A stretch of DNA of 64,000 nt from Piromyces finnis finn (taxonomy: Eukaryota; Fungi; Neocallimastigomycota). This document shows positions 10,201-21,853 of this stretch, one piece after another (the stretch's first letter is position 1; each line of letters begins with the position of its first letter). The notes under the pieces are model-generated. The model was not told the origin of the DNA. It made no database searches and worked only from the letters and a program-made list of their open reading frames with translations. The position numbers and the translations under genes are program-made. The stretch spans positions 164,734 to 228,733 of the forward strand of contig MCFH01000073.1 of assembly GCA_002104945.1 (NCBI GenBank), read 5' to 3'.

Positions 10201-12897
10201 GCTTGATGAGTGGGATATCAACCAAGATATTAGTATTGATGAAGTCAAGTCAGCTATCCTCTCTACTCCAAATTATAAAGCATCAGGTCCGGATGGTATT
10301 CCAATTGAATTTTACAAAGCATTAATTCCATCAAGTAATGATTCTAATAATGCTACAGATAATAATTCTTCCGGTAATACTACTTCAGATAATGATGCTC
10401 ATGGTTTAAATTTTATTCTTAAATTATTCAACCGTATTTGGGATGGAGACTTCCCCAACTCATGGAATGAATCCAGTATTGTTTCTATTCCTAAGAAGGG
10501 AGATTTGACAGATTGTGATAACTATCGAGGTATATCACTTATCAATAATGGTATTAAGTTGATTTCCAAAATTGTCACCACTAGAATCTCAGAATATGGT
10601 TTAAAGAATAATTTCATTAGACCTGAACAATTTGGTTTTCGAAAAAAGGAAGAAAGTATTAGTCTTTTCATTTCAATCCAAGAAATATGCCGTAGACGTC
10701 AATTAGATAATAAAGAGACATATTTGGCCTTTTTAGATCTCAGGAAAGCATACGATTCAGTCCCAATCGGTAATATTCTCCATAAATTAGATTGTTTAGG
10801 AATCCGAGGTAAGAGTTTACAATTTATCAAAAATTTATATTTAACATCTAAGGCTAATGTCAAATTAGATGGACAATTCTCGAAATCTTTTGATGTGAAG
10901 AAAGGAGTCCGTCAAGGTTGCCCACTTTCTCCTATTCTTTTTAATCTCTTTATTAATGATATATTTAAAGAGTGTGAAGATCTCGGAGTCAGTTTAGGTG
11001 ACACTCGATGCTGTGGTGGACTTTTTGCAGATGATATAGTTATTTGTGCTCCAACAAGAGGATGCTTAAAAAAGATGCTTAGAAGAGTTAATGAATGGGC
11101 ACTGTATAATGAAATGGAATTTGGTATCCAGAAATGTTCAACGATGGTGATTCGTCCTGAATCAATAGAAAATCAGAACAAGAGAGATCCAACATTTTAC
11201 TTAGCAGGACAACCCATTCCAACTACTGATTGCTATACTTATCTTGGTGTTCCATTTGATAAGAATCTGTCCCTTAAACCAGTAATTAAAGCTCTTAATA
11301 ACAAGGTTTTGAAAGGACTTTTCTCAGTCAGTAAATTCTTAAGAAATCCTAATATTCCTATTCCTTTCAAAAAACTAGTACTTAAATCACAAGTGATTAG
11401 CAGAGTTTCATACTTTGCACCATTACTTGGATCCAACAAAGCTAGGTCTAGAATTGCTCAGAAGCATGTTAACAAAGGAATACGATGGGTTGCCGGAGTT
11501 CATAAAGCTGTATCGTTTATATCTTTATACTCTATTTCAAAAGATTTGAATATTCCTCCATTGTCAGCCAAATGTGCGTTAGCTCAGGTTAGATGTTTTA
11601 ACAAATGGAAAAACTCAAATTGTATTATCTCACACCTTGTCAATTACATTCCTAAATTTAGAAAATACACGTGGTGCAAATCAAGTAGGACACTTGATAA
11701 AAAACTAAAGAAACATGGAGATGTTAAAGCAGTTAAAAACTTTTATTGGAAAGATCTCAAAGGGAATTCAATCAAAGCGCAATATTATGACGATAATAAA
11801 TTTAGTGAAACTAAAGATTTTATTAAATTATGTTATGAATACCCAGAGTTTGCCTATGGCTTCTACTGGCTATTGAAAGCAAGAAGCGGATATAAGTTGG
11901 ATGCTAGAGTTGCCAAAGCTGCTAAATTTGTTGATCCAGTTTGTCCTAACTACTGTCCATGTTGCAAGTGTGGAGATCAAAGTATTAAACATTGGTTATT
12001 AGATTGTCCAACATTTAGAGATATCCGTATTAAACATTATGATTCCATAGTCCAGCTATTAAATTTTTTCAGTCAACGTAATTCCAATAGTCCTATCAAT
12101 AATAATGAAAATGTTAATATCAGTAGAGATAGTAATAACATTAATAGTAATAGTAACAATAGTAGTAATAACAATAGTAATAGTAACAATAGTAATAGTA
12201 ACAATAGTAATAATAACAATAATAGAAATAATAATATTAGTAATGATAGCAATAGTGAAGATAATAATTCTAATTTAGATAGTAATTTAGTTAATGATAG
12301 TAATAGTTCTAATAATCCGGTGAATATTAATGTGTATGATTATTCTAGTGTGTACAGTAAAATATTTAAATTCCTTCTTGGGGGAAGAAGTTTTAACAAT
12401 ATTAATTACAATTCAAGGGAATGGAAAGAACTTTGTAAGCGTCAGATTCAATCTGGTACTAATGAAGGAACACCATTCTTGACGGTAACCGCGGAACTTC
12501 TAACCAAAATCATGCCTTTTGCTATTGGCCAGCAATGGTCAATGTTCAAAAGGTTTGAAGCAACATCCAAGAGCGTCAATGCTGAAGAAACAGTAAGACA
12601 GGCCAGGAGGGCCAGCGCAACCAATGGAGATCATAATTTTGTTCCATGACAAAATTTTGATCTTTGGCTCGGTGTCCCATTGGAAGTCAAATACAATTAT
12701 TATACTTTAGTATGATAGTGGCTTTCTTACTTTAATTAAAATTACAAGAATACATTATACCCAATTTTTATTCATTTGTGTTTATTTAAACATATTTTTT
12801 TTATTTTTATTTTATTTTAATTTTTATATTACATGTATTATAATTTTAATTAAATTAATAATAAAGTTTAAAATATTTGATGCCGTTAAAAAAAAAA
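7240..12897 (+). mobile_element. LINE copy 3, full length, short poly(A), no recognisable TSD
   Basis: Colinear with copy 1 from CCCTCTTGG to GATGCCGTT(A)10 (poly(A) 12888-12897), with scattered substitutions. Confidence 0.95.
8128..12649 (+). pseudogene. LINE polyprotein of copy 3, broken by two 1-bp deletions (~8785 and ~9558)
   Basis: ORFs 8128-9045, 8991-9560 and 9557-12649 together rebuild the copy 1 protein. Copy 1 GACTTTAATAAT versus copy 3 GACTTTATAAT; copy 1 AAAATTCTGAAA versus copy 3 AAAATTTGAAA. Real mutation or assembly error cannot be distinguished. Confidence 0.75.
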
Positions 12898-13300
12898 CGA
12901 TGAATAAAGTGAAAAAAAATAGTCCATTTTCTTTCTTTCCTTTTTTTTTTTATAGTATGACTAACAATAATGTAGTTATAGAAAATTTTTGTATTATTAT
13001 TTGATAAATAAAATAGCTAAAATAGCAATTTAAAAAAGGCATATTTGAAAAGTATTAGTAAAATGAAGTTACTTTTAATTTTAAAAAAGATAAAAAAGTT
13101 TAATTAAAATAAACGAATTTATTTTTTTTTTCTTTTTTTAGAAAAAAAAAAAAGATACAAAATATTTTATAAAAGTAATATACCATTAAACATAAAAATA
13201 AATTTATTATGCCAAAAATTACAAAAAGAAATGGAAGAAAATAAATATAATATATTAAGATAATTTAAAAGCAGACATTAACAACAACAACAATGGAGTG

Positions 13301-13487
<187 letters not shown>

Positions 13488-14615
13488 TAAAAGCAAATTT
13501 AAAAGTTCAAAGTATTTCATATGTAAATAAGCAATATATAGATATTATTGATAATCTATTTGAAGCTATAGTTGCTAAAAATAATTGTGATGGAAACCTA
13601 TAGTATAAAGGATCACATTTTTTTATTTTATGTTGATTAAGAGATGAATTTTTTAAATTTTTTTTTTTTTGTTATAGAGGATGTAAAATTTATTAGTTTA
13701 CCAAGAATAAATCATCCATTTTCAAAATTCAAGTACAATAACAACAACAAAAAAAAAATCAATTCACATTTAAATAATATTTTCATTTTTCTTTTTTAAA
13801 CATTTTTTAATCCATATTTAATATATTCAACATGAAATAAAACTATTGAATTTAATGCGATTTATTCTATTTATACAATTTTTGTTATACAAATTTACCT
13901 ATTATTTATTTATAATATATAAGAAAAACAGAGGTTCAAAAAATACTAAATAAAATATCCGCCGTTAAAAAAGGATAAAGATAAAACATATCAATATATA
14001 AAAAAATTATTAGTAATTGCTGCTGCATCAATCATTTCCAATTTCCTTCATTCAGATACTACGGATGAATACTAAAATAAGAATAGATAAAAAAAAAAAA
14101 AAGAATATAAATAACAATAAATAAGAATAGAATTAAAATGAATTCATAAGAATATAATGATAATATATAAAAGAATATACTTTTTATTGTTGTTATCTTT
14201 ATATAAAACCGTAATTTTTTTTATAATTAATTAAATTATTTTGTCCAATTGTGGATTAAGTATTTTAAATTATAAAAAGAATGAGCAATAATTTCAAATT
14301 TAAAGTTTTTAAAGTTTAATTTTAAATTCGTCATTTTGGTTACACAATAACAAATTCAAAAATATATTAAATAATATATGTGTATCATATATTAATAATA
14401 AATTGCTAATATATAATTTTTATATTGTTTTTGATCAACTTGAAATACAAACAAAAAGAAAAGTAAAAAAAAAAAAAGATATAAATAGGTTAAGAACCTT
14501 TTTTTTTTTTTATACTTTACTTTAAAAAACATATTATTTATATATATATTAATTTAAGTTTATTCCACAAACACATATATTTATAAAATAAATAATAATA
14601 AAAAATAAAGAAAAA

Positions 14616-16077
14616 ATGAAATATTATCAATTTTTATTATTATGCCTTTTATTTATCCAAATTATAAATGCTCATGGAAGTAAGTAATCATACAATTTTG
14701 TATAATTAATTATATATAATTTTATAAATACATAGATATATTGATAGAAAAAAAATGTAACGATTGAATTATTCATTGTATATTACTTTTTATTTAAATA
14801 AATAAATAAATAAAAAAAAAAAACATAGTTCATCATCATGATGATGAAGAAGAGGGAGAAGAACATGATCATGAACATGAAGAAGATGAAGAACAATATG
14901 CTGCTTGGGTTACTATTCTTGGTATTGTTGGTATTATTGCTTGCTCCTTTATTGGAACTATTTTACCAGTAATTTATTCTAAAAAGTAATGTATCATTTT
15001 AATAATTATTAGTAATACTTTATTATTTAAATATATATTAAACAATATTAATAATAATGATAATATATTTAATATTAAAAAAAAAAAAAACAATAAATTA
15101 CAAAAAAAAATATTAATAAACCTTTTATTTTTTATTAAAAAAAACTTTTTTTTTAGATCCATCTTCAAAGAAAGTAGTTTATTCTTTAGTTGTGTTAAAC
15201 TTTTTGGTACTGGTGTTATTTTAAGTACTGCTTTTATTCACATGATTATTCCATCAGATCAAATTTTAACTAGTGAATATACCAATAAATTATTTAATGA
15301 AAAATATACTTCATTTGCTGGTGTATTTGCTATTCTTGGTATTGTCATTACGCATGTTGTTCAAGTATACACCAGTCATTACATAAAATTAATACTGAAG
15401 ATCATCATTCTCATGGTTCAAGTGCTAATACTGAAATGACACTTAACTACGAAGCTAAAGTTAAACAATATTTAGAAACAGACCTTTCCAACCCAGAAAA
15501 TGTTTATCATGAAAAAAATTCTAAAACCATTTCAATTGCTGATGTTGATGGTTGTGTTGAGGAACAACATGGTATTTTACATTTAATGGAAAACAAGGAA
15601 AAACAAACCATCAGTTATTTATTAGAAATTGGTATTTCTCTTCATTCCATTTTAATTGGTATTGCTTTTGGTATGACTAGAGATAAAGAACTTATTGTAT
15701 TAATGGTTGCTTTAATGTTCCATCAATTCTTTGAAGGTATTTCTCTTTCTTCTGTTTTCGTTGAAGCTCATTTTAAACATGCTATTTCTATCATTGTCAT
15801 GATCATTACTTACTCTTGTACTTTACCTATTGGTGGTATTATCGGTTTACTTATTCGTAGTTCCGTTGAATCTACAAATTCCGCCTATTTAACCATTCAA
15901 GGTATTATTGATGCAGTTGCTGGTGGTATTCTTGTTTATGATGATACTGTAAATATTTTATCAAGACATTGTAATTCCGATAGATTTAAGGCTTCTTCTC
16001 TTGGAAGAAAAAATATTCAATTAATTTGCTTTTATTTAGGTATTCTTACTTTAGCCATCATTGGTATCTGGGCTTAA
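14616..16077 (+). CDS. ZIP-family (Zrt/Irt-like) zinc/iron transporter with signal peptide and His/Glu-rich N-terminus; 3 exons, one apparent frameshift near 15380
   Basis: Exons 14616-14679, 14829-14985, 15157-16077 (GT-AG). Motifs KLFGTGVILSTAFIHM, LLEIGISLHSILIG, HQFFEGISL. Adding 1 nt near 15380 joins ORFs 15242 and 15436 through HKINTEDHHSHG. Confidence 0.88.
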
Positions 16078-16852
16078 GTAATTCTTTTTTTTTTTTTTAA
16101 AAAAAAAAAAAGAAAAAAAATTAGGAATAAAAAAAAAACATTATTAAAAACATAATTAAAAACATTATTATAAATTCATATCATTAAAAAAAAAAAAGAA
16201 TTTTTTTAATTTCTTTTACTCTTTTCTATTTTTACTTTATAAAAAGAGAGAGGGAGAGAGAAAAAAAAAAAAAGTAAAAATCTAATTTATGAAAACTATT
16301 CGATTCATTCATTCATTCATTTATTTATTTAATAATTTCAAATTCATATATATATATATATATACAAAAAACAATTCTATTTATACTAGAAAATATTAAA
16401 TATATCATTAAAATATAAGAAATAGAAAAAAAAAAATAGTACTATTTATTTTCAATAATAATACAATTATAAATAAAAAGTTTAATCATTTTTAACAAAA
16501 AAAAATATTTGACCTTTTTTTTTCATTTCATCAATATTAAAACAAAACGAAAAACATATTAATTGATACTATGTATTTTTTTTTGTATGATACATATATT
16601 AAGTTTTATTAAAAAAAAAAAAGGTTTCAAACTTTATGTTTCACTGTTGAAAAAAAAAATGTTTTTTCTATTCTTCTATATTTATTGGTATGTTAATTGG
16701 AAAAAAAAAAAAATAAATTATAAACTATTTATATATTATTAAATAAAAAAGATTATTTATAAAAAAAAAAAAAAAAGAATTTTCTTTGAGAGTTAACTAA
16801 ATATTCTATTGATATAATAAAAAAAAATTGTATAATAATAATAATGATTATA

Positions 16853-16883
<31 letters not shown>

Positions 16884-17004
16884 GCATTGGTTGTAGTTGT
16901 AGTAGTAGTAGTACTAATATTATATTAAATTATATTTAAATTATAATTTTATATCAAGTATTTATTATACATATTTACTATTTAAATTTGAAAAAAAAAA
17001 TACT

Positions 17005-18387
17005 TTAAAGATATTTATTATTGTGGTGGTGGTTATAACCGTGATAACCATTAGTTTTAGATGCTGAATAATTAAAATCTTCATTGTTATGATTGTAATG
17101 ATATAGATCTTGTTTCTTAGTTACTAATGGCAGGTCATGAATAGTATTACTTTTATCGGTATGATATTTAGAAAAGTCATCCATGGATGTTTGATAATTT
17201 TCTCTACAAAAACTTGGAATTGGTAATGGGGTAAATTTATCATCTAACCTATAGGAATTCTTATCTTCTTTTGGTGAATTTATAACTATTTCTGGGACAT
17301 TATTCATACCATTGGTTTTTTTATTTCTTTTAATTAAAAATAGGCCAGCCGCTAATACGACTAATGTAACACAGACACCACCTCCAATTAAAATATTTGA
17401 AAGAGGCTTTTTTGATTCTTCACCTTGTTCATTAAAATTATTTTCATTGATATTTTGGTCTTGAGCATTACTTCTGTCATTATTCATGTCATTATTACTA
17501 TTCATATTACTATTTACATTATTCATTTCATCATTATTATTGTTCATTAAATTGTTGGTTACATTGTTATTATCATTAGTATTGGTTGATTGTATCAAGT
17601 GATTAGTGGTTTTGTATGACATTATCTTTCTGTTTCTGAAATCTTCATCAATTTGAGTGTAACTAACAGTATCAGGGTTTTCATTTTGATAGATTGTAAA
17701 TGTATCAAAAACTTTATTACTTGAATTAATTCTAAGAAATTCACAATACGCTTTTTTATTATTACCACCAACATTAAAATTACAGAATAAACCTCCAAAT
17801 CTCTTTTCATTTTCTTTATGTTCACCCAAAGCATATTTCTTTTGCCAGTGAGAATAACTTTTTTGTTCTCCTTGTTCAATGTACATTTCAAAACCACCAG
17901 CACCATTTAAAATATTGATGGTGGCACCATTACGAATTTGAGCAATATCACCACCTGTCTTACCATCATATTTATCAATTTTTGGTGTACTAAATCTAGA
18001 CATGACACGAGTTCTAGCATAGACATGGTCATGTGCACTAAATACTATGGCACCATGTTCTTTACAATAATCATAGAAACTTTCACCATCATCAGAAACA
18101 ATATTACCATATTGTTGATATTTTCCAGTATGATAATATTTATCATAAAAGTGCCATGCACAAATTTTCCAATCTTCCTTGGCATTTTCAAGATGTTTCT
18201 TTAAAAAGCTCAATTGTTCCTTTCTTTTATCTGCACCATTAATACCTGGTGTTACTCCTATTACTCTCTATTTTTCATTGAATTTCAATAATAATAAATA
18301 TATAAAATTATTAATATATCGTAGATATTAAAAATATAATAAATATATTATAAATAACAAAAAATTATGATTATTATTATTATTATG

Positions 18388-18453
<66 letters not shown>

Positions 18454-19144
18454 GATATCATTATTATCATAATTTTATAGTAATTATGTTACATTTTAAG
18501 TAGGATATTTACCATATTCTTATAGACACAAACCCACATAAATTTCGATTCTGAAAATTGACATTTAGTTTTACCATTTTTACTACTACTCATCATTTCA
18601 TTGTATATATTACTTCTAAATCTGTCTGCTTGATCATCACCACATTGAGATCTAGCATCATGATTTCCTATAACACCCATAAATTGATATTTGCGGTTGG
18701 AATCTAAAATTTTTGTAAAATATTTATCTGCATTACAATTATAATCAAAATCACCAAGATGTAAAATAGCATCAAATGTGGTTAATTGCATTACTTCACG
18801 AGCTTCACGTTCCGTACCACTTTTTTTTTTTTTTTTTAATATATATATTATGTATACATTATGAAAACATATAAATAAAATTGAATAAAGAACTATTAAT
18901 AAAATTATTGTTTTTTTTTTTCTTTAAAAAAAAAAAACAATTTCCATTTTCTTTTTTTAATGAATAGACTTTTTATCTAATTATTATCTATTTACCTATC
19001 ACCAATAATAGCTAATTTAAATTCGTCTGCTCCATATCTATACGAATTGAGTTGTTCCTCCGTAATTGCTTGAGAATTAGTTTTATTTATTTGATGTGTA
19101 GTTATAAGTAGACATGATAAAATGAATTTTATATTTAATTTCAT
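17005..19144 (-). CDS. Type I membrane-anchored calcineurin-like metallophosphoesterase (purple-acid-phosphatase-like), paralog A
   Basis: Exons 19144-18996, 18819-18513, 18267-17005. Signal peptide; IIGD, HLGDFDY, GNHD, CAWH, SAHDHVYAR; TM helix ILIGGGVCVTLVVLAAGLFLI followed by KRNKK. Confidence 0.85.
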
Positions 19145-20641
19145 TTTTTATTTTTTTTCAAGATTTTGAAAAAATTGCTTTTGTTTTTACTTGAAAATTT
19201 TGGTATAATTTAATCTTTTTATTTTTTTTATTCTTTCTTTATAGTATCTCAAAACTTAGTTGTGGGTTAATATTTTCCTTTTAAATTGTCAATGCAAACT
19301 TTTCTCTACTGACGATAATAAACAATTATTAACCTTTCTTTTCTCATCAAAATTATCTTTTTTTTTAAATAAAAAAAAAAAAACTAATTTTACTTTCTCT
19401 TTCTTTTTTTAGTTGTGTTTCGATAAATTGATTTTAATATATTTAATAAACCTTAATAATTATAAAAAATATATTATTTCTTTTTTGATTAGATTGCAAT
19501 ATATATTACAAATATATTATATTATATTGAATATTAATTAAAATATTTTTAAACTGCAAAAAAAAACTTTAAAGTTTTAAATTTTAATATCAATATATAT
19601 TAATATAATAAACAATTTATTATTTAATTTATTTAATATATTAAAATATATATACAAATAGTAAATAATATATATTGGAGTTTAATGAAAATTTTGTATT
19701 AAGATTTGGAAAAATTATGTAGCAAAGGAATAAATATTTTACATAAAATATAACATAAAATTTTATTTATGCGAATATTTATGTGTGTAATATCATGTGA
19801 TATTATTTTTACAGAAATTTCAATTCCCTTATTTTTTTTTTTTAATATAAAAAAATGTGTATTTAGGAAGAATAAAAAAAAAAAAGTTTAATAATCTTAT
19901 TAAATAAAATCTGGTTAAACATGGTAAAAAGTATTTATAATAAACGACTTTTATGATATGAACTATGCATATATATGTTGTTTTATAGTATATAAAATAT
20001 ATGTACTATGGAAAAAAAATAAATAAATGATTTTAAAAAGTGTATATCAATAATTAAAAAGAATAAAACTAAATAAAGGATTTATTTTTTTTAAAATGTG
20101 GTATGAAGGAATACATATATATTATACATAGATATGCTTGGATGAAAGGAATTATGGTCATTAGTTATTTCAATATATATTACACAAGTAATAGTGAGAA
20201 AAGTGTCAGATCAATATGAATTTGACAACCTGACACCGCATTTCCTATAATATGTGATACTTGATGATATTAATATTATTGATATATTTTTATCTAAATA
20301 TATATTCTGATATTATTATCAGTGAAAATATTTAAAATATATAATTACGCTTGATAAAATTAATTATTTTAATAAGAAATACGTTCAAGATTTTTAATTT
20401 TTAATACTTTGTTTCTATTTACAATTTATTTTAATATATATTACATTTATTTAAATTATAAATAACATTAATCTTAATTTTACTTTTTTTTTATTTTATT
20501 CAAATACTTAAATATATATATATTTTCCTTTTTATTTTTCTTTTTAGTTTTTTTTTCTATAATATTTAAAAAAGAAAAAAAAAATATTAAAGATTAGAAA
20601 AACATTTTAATTTATATATATAATCTTTTTTTTAATTTAAT

Positions 20642-21498
20642 CTAGAATTGATTAAAGAAATCCCAAGTTGCTTGAGGTACCCATGATTGATTTTGACCTG
20701 GATCTTTATGATCCCAAATATGACCACCAGATTCGGTACACCAACGAACTGGGAATTTTTCATCCACAGTTTTGTAATCATAACATTTGTGTGGACCACC
20801 TCTTTCAGCTTCTTCAGCTTTTTCTTGAACAGCAACTCCACCAACGGAATTATGTTTAAGAATAATATCACGAGCATTACGACCCATTTCAGCTGTACAA
20901 ACACCATCTTCAAAACCAAGAACACCCATCCAACCAATACCATCACCAGTATGTTCTGGAAGCCAAATATCTCTTTCAGCAGTTTCATAAACAGCAACAG
21001 CACGAAGAACCTTTTGATGATTCCAGGAAAGACCATTAGTAAACATAGAACCATAACTGAAACCGGTAGAGAAGACACGAGATTCATCAATACAGAAATC
21101 ATCCTTTAATTTTTCAAGTAATTCATCAAACATAGTGTATTCAGCTCTACTCCATGGTAATTGTCCAAGAATACCTTCTGGAGCAATGAAAATAGAAGTG
21201 TTTTGAGTATCTAAAGGTTTTAAACCGTAGTATCCTTCTTGTTGGACACCACCTCCCCAACCACCTAAGCAGTGCATACCAAAGATTAAACGGTAAGGTT
21301 TATTGTTATCATAGTTTTCTGGAACATCAATACGAACGGTACGAATACCTTGAAACCATGAGAAATCAAAAGAACCAGATTTTGGAAGACTTGGAGTTTT
21401 TCCACATCCCTTTGATGGAACTGGTGCATTCTTAAGTGGGTATGGATAGGAAGATTGACCACCTTGGTATTGACTTTGGTTTTGATTTTGATTGCTAG

Positions 21499-21545
<47 letters not shown>

Positions 21546-21853
21546 GAAATACCACACCAATTATTATTTTCAAAACCCCATTCGCCATCACTATCAGTAT
21601 ATACTACAGTATTACCTTGACAACATGGGTAACCAAGTCTTTCAGAAAAGCAACTATTTTGATTAATAGCATTATTATTATCATCAGAAATACCACACCA
21701 ATTATTATTTTCAATACCCCATCTACCATCACTATCAGTGTATACTACAGTGTTGCCTTGACAACATGAATAACCAAGTCTTTCGGAAAAGCATCCAGCA
21801 GACGCCTTAGCAACAACAGCGGTAAGAGCTACAATTATAGTAGAAATTTTCAT
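20642..21853 (-). CDS. Cellulosomal carbohydrate esterase (CE1/feruloyl-esterase-like alpha/beta hydrolase) with two N-terminal fungal dockerins (CBM10)
   Basis: Signal peptide; 2x [32 protein letters not shown]; poly-Asn linker; [22 protein letters not shown] (GxSxG nucleophile), GGHIW, WDFFNQF. Intronless. Confidence 0.87.

Noticed and set aside
741-12897. Tandem segmental duplication or LTR structure as origin of the LINE array
   Set aside because: Each copy has its own poly(A), two have different TSDs and the copies carry private substitutions; no LTRs, integrase or protease.
13951-13972. TAAAATATCCGCCGTTAAAAAA resembling the LINE 3' terminus
   Set aside because: Match is about 12 nt, half poly(A), with no upstream homology or TSD; not supportable as a fourth copy.
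14487-14499. AGGTT-AAG-AACCT palindrome as a zinc-responsive element for the ZIP gene
   Set aside because: It does not match the Zap1 site ACCTTNAAGGT, and no Zap1-type regulation is established for this lineage.
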